64,000 bases of DNA from contig CAVSWO010000002.1 of NCBI GenBank assembly GCA_963731735.1, positions 692,257-756,256 on the forward strand, in the 5' to 3' direction. Shown here one piece after another: positions 56,097-64,000 of this stretch. The translations under genes were made by a program, and so were the position numbers. Every line of letters begins with the position of its first letter. Position 1 is the stretch's first letter. Below the pieces are notes generated by a model, which saw only the letters and a list, made by a program, of their open reading frames with translations, was not told where the DNA came from and searched no databases. The stretch is from Candidatus Kerfeldbacteria bacterium (GTDB taxonomy: Bacteria; Patescibacteriota; Patescibacteriia; SBBC01; CAIJZX01).

Positions 56097-56268
56097 AATC
56101 AAGGGTGCTTTGACCTGGCTCGGAATTTCTGGCAGGCAGCTGGTTGTGGAGTATTCCAACGCTTCATTCGTTTCGGCTGTGGCTTGACGGCGAGTATATA
56201 CTATGCTAGGTTTCGGCGTTGATCTTTTTGATTTGACGCGAAGGTAGTATCCCTTCAAGGAGGTGCCA

Positions 56269-56793
56269 GTGATTGGCATCATTGCTTACAGCTTTGCTTG
56301 GCGTCGGGAAGGCCACAGTCCGTGCAATCAACGGCTGGCCCTGACGACTGCAAGAATCGCTTATGCTTCATCTCTGGGGATGACGCCGGGCACCAAACTT
56401 TTTGGTCCAGGGATCGAGATCGTTGCTCAGCGCACGATTGCAGACATCTTGGCGGAAGAATGTATCCCATGCCATCGAGTCCCAAAAACACCAGGGTATG
56501 AAGGATCCGAGCAAGTAACGGAATTCGCAGATCAGGTATTCCGCCGGGCTGGAGTGACCTACGTCATTCCAATCGCCCAACCGATTTTTCAACTAACCAA
56601 GTGTTTGCACCTTATCCGATCTGCCGGCTACACGACACCGTCTTTTGGGCGATTGGCCAGGGAGATTGGATGGGTCGGGTTCGATCAGCAATCGGTCCAG
56701 CCGGCTACGCGTAGCCTCATGCACCTGGCTTTCTACACCCTCCGACAGATGCTGACGGGCTACCGCCCGCCGACCGCGCAGTCTGAACCTTAG
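56269..56793 (+). CDS. Orphan hypothetical protein
   Basis: Promoter TTGACG(56184)-17-TAGGTT, SD AAGGAGGTG, GTG start. Confidence 0.7.
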   Translation: MIGIIAYSFAWRREGHSPCNQRLALTTARIAYASSLGMTPGTKLFGPGIEIVAQRTIADILAEECIPCHRVPKTPGYEGSEQVTEFADQVFRRAGVTYVIPIAQPIFQLTKCLHLIRSAGYTTPSFGRLAREIGWVGFDQQSVQPATRSLMHLAFYTLRQMLTGYRPPTAQSEP

Positions 56794-56822
56794 CGCTTGG
56801 AGAATTCTCCAAGCGCTTTTTC
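56792..56822 (+). terminator. Terminator, perfect 26-bp palindrome
   Basis: AGCGCTTGGAGAATTCTCCAAGCGCT plus T tract. Confidence 0.75.
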
Positions 56823-56863
56823 CTTTGACGCCCATGCAATTTTCTGGCAGACTAGGTGCAGCT

Positions 56864-58123
56864 ATGCGTCAATCTGCACTGTTTACCAAGACCCGCAAAG
56901 AAGTCCCGAAGGATGAGGTTTCAAAAAGCGCGCAGTTATTGCTGCGGGCCGGTTTCGTGCACAAAGAATTAGCCGGAGTGTACGCTTTTTTGCCGTTGGG
57001 GTTGCGGGTATTGAATAACCTGGTCGGCATCATTCGTGAAGAAATGAACAGTATCGGGGGCCAGGAAGTTTCGTTGACCGCTTTGCAAGACCCGGAGATT
57101 TGGAAGCAGAGCGATCGTTGGGATGACGCCAAGGTCGATGCTTGGTTCAAAACCCAGCTGAAAAATAAAACTGAACTCGGTTTGGGTTTAACCCATGAGG
57201 AGCCCTTGGCCCGGATTATGAAAAATTACGTCGGGTCGTATCGAGACCTGCCGAAATTTGTCTACCAATTCCAGGTCAAGTTCCGGAACGAACTGCGGGC
57301 CAAGAGCGGCTTGTTGCGCGGTCGAGAATTTTTAATGAAGGACCTGTATTCATTTACCGCCACCGCCGAACAACTTGATACGTTTTACGAGCAGGCGGCT
57401 GACGCCTACGAACGCATTTTTGCCCGAATTGGCATTGGTCAGGTTACCCATAAGACTTTCGCCAGCGGCGGCATGTTCACCAAATTCTCGCATGAATACC
57501 AAACCCTGACGGAGGCTGGCGAGGATACGATCTATCTGACGAAAGACAAACGTTTGTCGATCAACAAAGAGGTCTTTACCGATGAGGTACTGGCTATGTT
57601 CAAAAAAACCAAACAGGATTTTACACCCCACCGGGCGATTGAAGTCGGCAATATTTTTAAACTCGGTACCCGCTACGCGGAGGCGGTCGGATTACGCTAT
57701 GCCGATGAATCCGGTACCAGCCATCCGGTGGTGATGGGCTGTTACGGGATCGGCGTTCCGCGTTTATTAGCCACGGTGGTCGAAGTCTTGTCGGATGACC
57801 ACGGGATGATTTGGCCGGCCTCGATCGCGCCCTTTGCCGTTCATCTGGTTGAACTGAACCCGAAGCAGGACAAGCAGGTATCGCAGGCGGCGACCGGACT
57901 GATCAAGCAATTGGCTGCCCAAGGGATTGAGGTGCTGCATGATGATCGTCCGGATATTTCGGCCGGCCAGAAATTTGCCGATTCAGATTTACTTGGCATC
58001 CCGACCCGGGTGGTGGTCAGCCACAAGACGGTGGCGGCCAACAAATTCGAAGTCAAAGATCGAACCAAGCCAGCCGCGCAGCATCTTGGGGCCGCGGCCG
58101 TGCTGAAACACGTCAGGCAATAA
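56864..58123 (+). CDS. proS: Proline--tRNA ligase (short, no editing insertion)
   Basis: THEE, KFRNELR..GLLRGREFLMKDLYSF, IEVGNIFKLG, MGCYGIG..R, anticodon-binding domain. Confidence 0.95.
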   Translation: MRQSALFTKTRKEVPKDEVSKSAQLLLRAGFVHKELAGVYAFLPLGLRVLNNLVGIIREEMNSIGGQEVSLTALQDPEIWKQSDRWDDAKVDAWFKTQLKNKTELGLGLTHEEPLARIMKNYVGSYRDLPKFVYQFQVKFRNELRAKSGLLRGREFLMKDLYSFTATAEQLDTFYEQAADAYERIFARIGIGQVTHKTFASGGMFTKFSHEYQTLTEAGEDTIYLTKDKRLSINKEVFTDEVLAMFKKTKQDFTPHRAIEVGNIFKLGTRYAEAVGLRYADESGTSHPVVMGCYGIGVPRLLATVVEVLSDDHGMIWPASIAPFAVHLVELNPKQDKQVSQAATGLIKQLAAQGIEVLHDDRPDISAGQKFADSDLLGIPTRVVVSHKTVAANKFEVKDRTKPAAQHLGAAAVLKHVRQ

Positions 58124-58145
58124 AAAGACTCCGCGGAGCGGAGTC
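58122..58145. terminator. Hairpin terminator between convergent genes
   Basis: AAAAA-GACTCCGC-GGA-GCGGAGTC (T tract on minus strand). Confidence 0.7.
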
Positions 58146-58482
58146 AGGCAGTGGTGATCGAGTCACCGGAAGGTTGGAGCGGGTGATAGGTCCCACAGCG
58201 CCGAACGAAAAGTTCGGTGACTTGGTAGCGACCATGAAGGCAATCGAGATACCCGTGACAGACCAATGGCTGGAGCGGATGTTTGACGCTGCCAGGCAGC
58301 GGTTCGGAGCGAAGAACAAAATGAATGAATTCATCTTGGACGAAGGATTGCCAGCCAAGCCGGCGATCTTGTGCGAGCTGGACGACCTGCTGGGCCGTTT
58401 TGGCGATGGCCTGATCATCGAAGGCGCGGGACAGCGGTTGACTGGCGTCGATCTGACTGGGTTGGAAAGCGAATCCGGACAT
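58144..58482 (-). CDS. Orphan hypothetical protein, possible winged-helix C-terminus
   Basis: Minus-strand promoter TTGACG-17-TACGCT, GTTCTTTT, SD AAGGAGG, terminator; LV..GYL....GRYQVT pattern. Confidence 0.65.
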   Translation of the reverse strand: MSGFAFQPSQIDASQPLSRAFDDQAIAKTAQQVVQLAQDRRLGWQSFVQDEFIHFVLRSEPLPGSVKHPLQPLVCHGYLDCLHGRYQVTELFVRRCGTYHPLQPSGDSITTA

Positions 58483-58613
58483 GCATCCTCCTTGGGTATC
58501 CGGAGAAGCCATACGAAAAGAACCAGCGTAGCGTACGGATTGTCGGGGCCGTCGTCAAGCGATTTTTTCCACACGCGTAATCGGCTGGACGGTTTTAGCC
58601 TGGAACTGCTACC

Positions 58614-59150
58614 ATGCAGCACATGATGTTTCATCACGGCTCCCGTCCCAGCCCCCGCCTGGCTGCCAGCGTGATTGTGGTCTTGCTGGCCGGACTCGGG
58701 ATTTTAGCCTGGCAAACTTCCTCGAAGACTGAACCGGAGTACCACGTGCACGCCGCCTTTGACGTATATGTCGATGGGCAACTGCAGGACTACTCCGATT
58801 TGCAATACATGCACGTTGAACCCTGTACCGTCGCGCACAATGACCAACCAGAAGATGATCAGATCGAAAAGGCGCATCTGCATGACGGCGTCGGTGATAT
58901 CGTGCATTCCCATCGAGCCAACGCCACCTGGGGCGATTTGTTTCAGAACATTAAGGTGACTTTGCCGCCGCCCGTGAGCGGCTATAGCAACGGCCAGGCC
59001 GTCAAGGATATTTTATCGCAGCCGATCAAAGCCTACGATCGGGTCTTGATTACGGCCGGGACGGCGCCGGAAAATCTCCAAGCCGCCCTCGACCAGGTCC
59101 CCAGCGTCGACTATATACGTCAGCAAGAGCAAGCTATCGAGAGCTGCTAA
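58614..59150 (+). CDS. Membrane-anchored hypothetical protein with His-rich motifs
   Basis: TM; HVHAAF, HLHD..IVHSH..ATWGDLF. Confidence 0.75.
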   Translation: MQHMMFHHGSRPSPRLAASVIVVLLAGLGILAWQTSSKTEPEYHVHAAFDVYVDGQLQDYSDLQYMHVEPCTVAHNDQPEDDQIEKAHLHDGVGDIVHSHRANATWGDLFQNIKVTLPPPVSGYSNGQAVKDILSQPIKAYDRVLITAGTAPENLQAALDQVPSVDYIRQQEQAIESC

Positions 59151-60592
59151 GTCGCGTCTGCAATCCGCGCGAAATAATATAGCTGATCCTGGTGCAGCCG
59201 AAGTTCCCAATCCGGGTCGGTTTCCAGGTCCGTTATCGTTTGCCGGAGCTCCGCCTGACTGCCGGCTTCGACCCGCCCGCCCAGCAGCACGATCGCGCGA
59301 TCGGCGTTTTTGAGATTCAGCGGAAAGGACCAGGTCCATTCACGCTGGGTAAAATGCGGAGCCAAACTGTTGGAGACGGATACTCGGTCGGCGGGCCGGA
59401 TATCAGCTTGGATGGCGCGGACGGCGGAGCGATAGGGTGAAGCCTTGAAGACGTCAGTGGCGCTGGTGTGGTGGAGCGTCAACGGCAGCGGGGACAGGAC
59501 CATCGTGGAACTCACCCAACTGAGTCCGATAAAAACAGCCAGTCCGCGGCGAAGATTGACCCCGCCACCGGTTTGCCGAATTACCCAGCGCAGCCCGTAC
59601 CCAGTGGCAACGATCACGAACGGGGCGATGGCAGCCGCATAGTGAAAAAAGATCGCCCGTAAATTATCGTTCGTACTTAACAAGTTAATGCCCAGATCCG
59701 GTAAGGCCGGTAGTAAAAAAAGCCAACCAAACAACGGCGCCAACCAACCAACCGGCCAGAGCAAGACGTTGAGATACCCGGCGGTTGAACCTTGAAAAAT
59801 GTCTTGGAACAAGACGCCGGGTTTGGTCAGCAAACCGGTAAAGACTTGACCGGGGGTGGAACCGAAATCCGAAAAATAGGAGAGGGCAAAATGGCTGCCG
59901 CTGACCCGGGCGGCCGGAATCACCCAGCCCAGCATGGCCGCCGTCCAGCCGACGCCGATTACCATCGTCGCCAGACTAATCCACGGTTGGCGTTTTTGAA
60001 AAAAGAAAACTAATCCCAGCAACCCAACCATCAATCCGATCTCTTCCTTGGCTAGCAGGGCTAAAAAAATCAGGCTGGCGTATAGCCAATACCGTCGTTG
60101 CGCCATGGCCCAAATTGCCCACGGCATGATTCCAGCCACCAACGTTACGGCATGGAAATCAAAAATAACTGCCCACAGGAGTAACGGATAGCCCAGGAAC
60201 AACCCGGCCAGACCGGCGCCCCAACGCGGCCCGAGCCACTGGCGACCAAGCAAAAATATCGGGATCGCTCCGGATGCCACTACCGCGATCTGCAACCACA
60301 TCAGCATCCGAGGATCGCTCCAAATCCAATACAGCGGCACCCCGGCCAGCAGTAAGAAATCCGCGTGGACCGCCTGGCGCGGTTCCTGTATCAGCTGGGT
60401 CGGGTCGGTCAGGACAAAAAATTTCCCGTGCAGGGTGTGCCAGACCACCGAATCCATATTGCCCAAGTCAAACTGGGCGGTAAAAAAATTGACGTGCCGG
60501 AACCAGGCCGAGACACCAAACCAGAGACAGAAGACCGTGATCATCAATCCAACCCAGACCGCCGGTCGGCGGAGCCATGTCCGTACATCCAT
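59147..60592 (-). CDS. DUF2079 family (GT-C-like) membrane protein
   Basis: FDLG..W, H...L, FDFH, KEE, FHY motifs; many TMs. Confidence 0.88.
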   Translation of the reverse strand: MDVRTWLRRPAVWVGLMITVFCLWFGVSAWFRHVNFFTAQFDLGNMDSVVWHTLHGKFFVLTDPTQLIQEPRQAVHADFLLLAGVPLYWIWSDPRMLMWLQIAVVASGAIPIFLLGRQWLGPRWGAGLAGLFLGYPLLLWAVIFDFHAVTLVAGIMPWAIWAMAQRRYWLYASLIFLALLAKEEIGLMVGLLGLVFFFQKRQPWISLATMVIGVGWTAAMLGWVIPAARVSGSHFALSYFSDFGSTPGQVFTGLLTKPGVLFQDIFQGSTAGYLNVLLWPVGWLAPLFGWLFLLPALPDLGINLLSTNDNLRAIFFHYAAAIAPFVIVATGYGLRWVIRQTGGGVNLRRGLAVFIGLSWVSSTMVLSPLPLTLHHTSATDVFKASPYRSAVRAIQADIRPADRVSVSNSLAPHFTQREWTWSFPLNLKNADRAIVLLGGRVEAGSQAELRQTITDLETDPDWELRLHQDQLYYFARIADAT

Positions 60593-60651
60593 GCCTATAG
60601 CATACCCAGTTTTTGTTAGGCAGGCAATCGGCCGCATGCTATACTGGCGAC

Positions 60652-61017
60652 ATGCGAATACCTACCTGGATCGGTTACATCGTGGCGGTCACGCTCGGAC
60701 TCGGGTTGGGATTTTTTTTGGTCTTGAACGTTCTGTTCTCGGATGTCAGCTCAACCGTTGAACGGGTCCAGGCAGTTGCCATGGTGCTCGGAACCTATGC
60801 AGTGATCAGTTTCTTGTTGGCCCGGCTGTGGCCGAGTCACCGGCGGAGTTGGGTCCTCTGGTTGATTGTCCCGCCCGGAATTTTCGCGACCCTGTACCTG
60901 GTTGGAGAACAACTTTTTAATTGGTATACCTCGGCGGTGTTCCTGGCCTTCATCGGCGGCAGCTTATTGGGGGCCGGGTATCTGTGGTCGCCTCGATCGA
61001 AGCCTCCGGCGGCTTGA
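60652..61017 (+). CDS. Hypothetical four-TM protein
   Basis: Hydrophobic 121-aa ORF; TGcTATACT 6 nt upstream of ATG. Confidence 0.7.
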   Translation: MRIPTWIGYIVAVTLGLGLGFFLVLNVLFSDVSSTVERVQAVAMVLGTYAVISFLLARLWPSHRRSWVLWLIVPPGIFATLYLVGEQLFNWYTSAVFLAFIGGSLLGAGYLWSPRSKPPAA

Positions 61018-61049
61018 ACATATCGCGTCCATCAGGTACACTGCTCGGC

Positions 61050-61613
61050 ATGCATTTGACTGCGCAACGATTTCGTATTCCTGACCGGATCTTTTGGATC
61101 TTGGCGGTGGTGGTGCTGACCGTGACGGTCGTGTTTTTAGTTGTGGCCTATCCGTTGCTCCCGCCGCATTTTCCCGGCCACCTTGGTCCGGATGGGCAGG
61201 TTGATCGATGGACTGACCGGACCTGGTGGTCGGTTTTTTTTCCGAGTTTCATGCAGGCAATCGCCATCTTGGGCCTGGGCTGGCTGTATCGTCATCCGCG
61301 ATTTTCGAATATCCCGGGATCGGCCCTAATTGACTTGGCACCCGAACCCATTCGCGGCATCCTGTTTCGGGTATTGCGGCACCTGATCGTCATGACGGTC
61401 GTGATGCTGAACCTGATTTTCGCGTATATCGCGCTGCTGATGGTGGCCACGGCCTTTGGGATCGACCGACCGGTCAATGCTTGGATTTTAGGCAGTCTGA
61501 TTGGGTTGATGATCTGTATCACCATCGTTTACACGATTTGGCTCTACCGCATCGCGCGCTCGGCCCGAATCCAACTGGCCAACCAACACTCATTGTCGAC
61601 GCACCATGGCTAA
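61050..61613 (+). CDS. DUF1648 (SdpI-like N-terminus) membrane protein
   Basis: YP.LP..FP.H.G.DGQVDRW. Confidence 0.8.
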   Translation: MHLTAQRFRIPDRIFWILAVVVLTVTVVFLVVAYPLLPPHFPGHLGPDGQVDRWTDRTWWSVFFPSFMQAIAILGLGWLYRHPRFSNIPGSALIDLAPEPIRGILFRVLRHLIVMTVVMLNLIFAYIALLMVATAFGIDRPVNAWILGSLIGLMICITIVYTIWLYRIARSARIQLANQHSLSTHHG

Positions 61614-63405
61614 CTCCACCACCCACCCACTCAAGTTTTTGTGGCGCTTTCTGCGACCTGACAAAAAGGTAGTTTTTGGGATCAGCGCCCTGCTGATCAT
61701 CAATAACGGTTTTTCGCTGGTTGAGCCGTATTTGTTCAAGCTGGTGATCGATAACTTCCTGACTAAAATCGGTGACCAAACCGCCTTCCCGACCCAAGCC
61801 GATTTCATTCATGGATTGTCGATACTGCTGATCATTTGGATTGCGGTGGCTTTCATTTCCCGGGTGGCCAAGAATTTCCAAGATTACTTTACCACCATGG
61901 TATCCGACCGGGCCGGTATCCGGGTTTTTGATTTTGCGCTCGATCACGTGCTGGGTCTGTCGATGGACTATCATGAAAATAAACGGACCGGCGAAGTCCT
62001 GCGAAAACTGACCAAGGCTCGGGAAGACATCACCAAACTCCTGAAAACCCTGAGTGACAAGATTCTGCAAAACGGCGCCACCATCTTGTTCGTGGTGGGG
62101 TTTTCCCTGATCAAGCAGTGGCAAATGGGCCTGTTGATTGCCGGCTCGATCCCGATTTTTGTGATTACCACCAGCCTAATCGCCAAAAAAATAAAAAAAT
62201 TAGCACATGAAATTAACGAGCAGCAGGAACACCTGCAAGGCTCGGCCGTTCAGGCCCTCGACAACGTGGCGGTGGTCAAGGCTTTTCAAACCGAAAGCAT
62301 CGAGCGCCAACGCACCACCGACCGCAACTGGCTGGGTAACAAACTGCTGGGTACCCAAACCCGCTATTGGCGGACCCTGCTGTTTGTGCAGGGGACGCTG
62401 ATTAACGCCTTCCGGACGGCCATCGTCGGTTACGGAACCTACCTGGCCTTTACCGGGGTGATGACCGCCGGTGATGTGGTCTTCTTTACCTTTTACGCGG
62501 TGGGGATTTTCCAGCCGTTGTATGAATTATCGGATGTCTTTACCGCCTACCAAGACGGGATTGCATCGACCGAACGCTTACGGGAGATTTTGGAACTCCA
62601 TCCGAGCGTGGTGGCGCCGGCGGCCGGTTATCAACCGACCCGACCGGGTTTGGAATTTGTGTTCAACCATGTCGACTTCGCCTACGCGCCCGAGCGGCCA
62701 ATCCTCCGCGATATTAATTTCCGGTTGGAACCAGGTAGAACGGTGGCGATTGTCGGCGGTTCCGGCGGCGGTAAATCAACGATTACGAAATTAGTCATGC
62801 GGTATTATGACGTGACCGGCGGCGATATTCTGGTCAACGGCCACTCAATCAAAGACTGGGACTTAGTGGCCCTGCGCCAGCGGATCAGCGTCGTTTTCCA
62901 GGACAACATTTTGATTAACGACACGATCGCGGCCAATATCGCGTACGGGCACCCTAACAGCTCCCAAGCCGAAATTGAAACCGCCGCCAAACTTGCCAAC
63001 GCGCATGAATTTATCTTGCGGCTGCCGCAAGGCTACCAAACGGTGGTCGGGGAGCGGGGAATTAAATTGTCGGGCGGCGAACGCCAGCGGGTGGCGATTG
63101 CCCGGGCGGTGATACGCAAACCCGAGCTCTACATTTTTGATGAGGCAACGTCATCGCTGGATTCCCAAAGTGAAGCCAGCGTCCGGGACGCGATTGAACA
63201 CGTTTCGGCCCAGGCCGGCAGCCTGATTATCGCGCACCGGTTGTCGACGATTATTCACGCCGACGAGATCATCGTCTTGCACCAAGGGCAAATCGTCGAA
63301 CGCGGCACCCACGATCAGCTGCTCGGGCAGCAAGGTGAATACGCCAAACTCTACACCACCCAGCGCCGCGAAAAACGGCCGACCGAGGCGCCGGCCGCGG
63401 CCTAA
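61606..63405 (+). CDS. ABC exporter, fused permease/ATPase (MsbA/MdlB-like)
   Basis: GGSGGGKST, GERGIKLSGGERQR, DEATSSLD, IAHRLST. Confidence 0.94.
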   Translation: MANSTTHPLKFLWRFLRPDKKVVFGISALLIINNGFSLVEPYLFKLVIDNFLTKIGDQTAFPTQADFIHGLSILLIIWIAVAFISRVAKNFQDYFTTMVSDRAGIRVFDFALDHVLGLSMDYHENKRTGEVLRKLTKAREDITKLLKTLSDKILQNGATILFVVGFSLIKQWQMGLLIAGSIPIFVITTSLIAKKIKKLAHEINEQQEHLQGSAVQALDNVAVVKAFQTESIERQRTTDRNWLGNKLLGTQTRYWRTLLFVQGTLINAFRTAIVGYGTYLAFTGVMTAGDVVFFTFYAVGIFQPLYELSDVFTAYQDGIASTERLREILELHPSVVAPAAGYQPTRPGLEFVFNHVDFAYAPERPILRDINFRLEPGRTVAIVGGSGGGKSTITKLVMRYYDVTGGDILVNGHSIKDWDLVALRQRISVVFQDNILINDTIAANIAYGHPNSSQAEIETAAKLANAHEFILRLPQGYQTVVGERGIKLSGGERQRVAIARAVIRKPELYIFDEATSSLDSQSEASVRDAIEHVSAQAGSLIIAHRLSTIIHADEIIVLHQGQIVERGTHDQLLGQQGEYAKLYTTQRREKRPTEAPAAA

Positions 63406-63483
63406 CGATTGACGAATCGGGGTCGGCGTGGTATGCCTACTACGCCGTCTTACGATAGAGCGACGGCGCTAGTATTCCTGGTT

Positions 63484-64000
63484 ATGGCGAAACACACCCG
63501 CGCACGCATCGCAATCTTTTTTCTGGGCGGCTCAGTCATCGACAGCCGCGGCCGGCGGGGTGACGTGGTGTCCAAAGCCAGTCAGGTTGAACCCTGGATG
63601 GCCAATATGTCGGAAATGGATATCATCGCGGATACCGAAGGTTTTTTTGTGGCTTCCGGCCACCAAGCGATCGGACTGAAAGAATGGTCGCAGTTAGCCC
63701 ATCTGATCGAACGGTCTTACGCTTCGTTCGACGGCTTTGTTGTGGTGCATGATTTGCAAACCATTGCCCCGGCCGCCGTCATGCTGGCGTTGATGACCAC
63801 CGGGTTAGAAAAACCGATTGTTCTGGTCGGGTCGCCGCTGACCGTCAGAGGCCAACGCAGCGCGCCCAGCCTGACCGGTGGCCAAGATTTTGGGGCCAAA
63901 GCCAGCATGATCAACGCCGTCCAAGTCGCCACCTCGGATATTGCCGAAGTCGCGGTTGTCCTGGGTAGCACGATTTTCCGCGGCGCCTCGGTTTCGGTCG
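63484..64000 (+). CDS. Asparaginase-fold protein with degenerate active site (3'-truncated by window edge)
   Basis: Hand translation: MAKHTRARIAIFFLGGSV..W..LA..I...Y..FDGFVVVHDLQT..KPIVLVGS. Confidence 0.8.
   Translation, partial: MAKHTRARIAIFFLGGSVIDSRGRRGDVVSKASQVEPWMANMSEMDIIADTEGFFVASGHQAIGLKEWSQLAHLIERSYASFDGFVVVHDLQTIAPAAVMLALMTTGLEKPIVLVGSPLTVRGQRSAPSLTGGQDFGAKASMINAVQVATSDIAEVAVVLGSTIFRGASVSV

Noticed and set aside
58174-58626. Plus-strand 150-aa ORF, and minus ORF 58113-58637
   Set aside because: The minus-strand ORF 58144-58482 has promoter, SD and terminator support; these do not

Overview
Core-genome window from a reduced-genome bacterium whose gene content and style point to Patescibacteria/CPR (short tsf, proS without editing domain, sortase plus a giant pilin-like protein, many orphans). 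It holds translation genes (prmC-prfA-rpmE, rpsB-tsf, rpmG, rplJL, proS), five intact tRNAs, an accessory tract after tRNA-Trp (copB, SRAP, ABC, NUDIX, GNAT, msrB), tgt-queA, tkt, uppS, rarA, mutM, uppP, a sortase/adhesin operon, manC-mltG, lexA with an ImuB/DinB-like fragment, pcrA and the start of the dcw cluster. Main finding: nested ('Russian-doll') tRNA genes. An intact tRNA-Tyr (5382-5468) and an intact tRNA-Pro (22509-22584) each sit at the tip of a long inverted repeat inserted at the anticodon loop of another copy of the same tRNA. tRNA-Trp is also IR-flanked and followed by hairpin-interrupted relics. The ends of the Tyr insert (CCCGCCTGCC...GGCGGGCAGG) match a 21-bp palindrome inserted in frame in queA, which suggests a tiny mobile hairpin family that can carry a copy of the tRNA it disrupts. 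Also seen: a TTCGG-N6-TTCGG LexA-box candidate at three promoters (one driving an unannotated micro-ORF/sRNA), widespread leaderless starts, and orphan cassettes built as promoter-boxA-like-SD-ORF-terminator. All calls are by eye; no searches were run.
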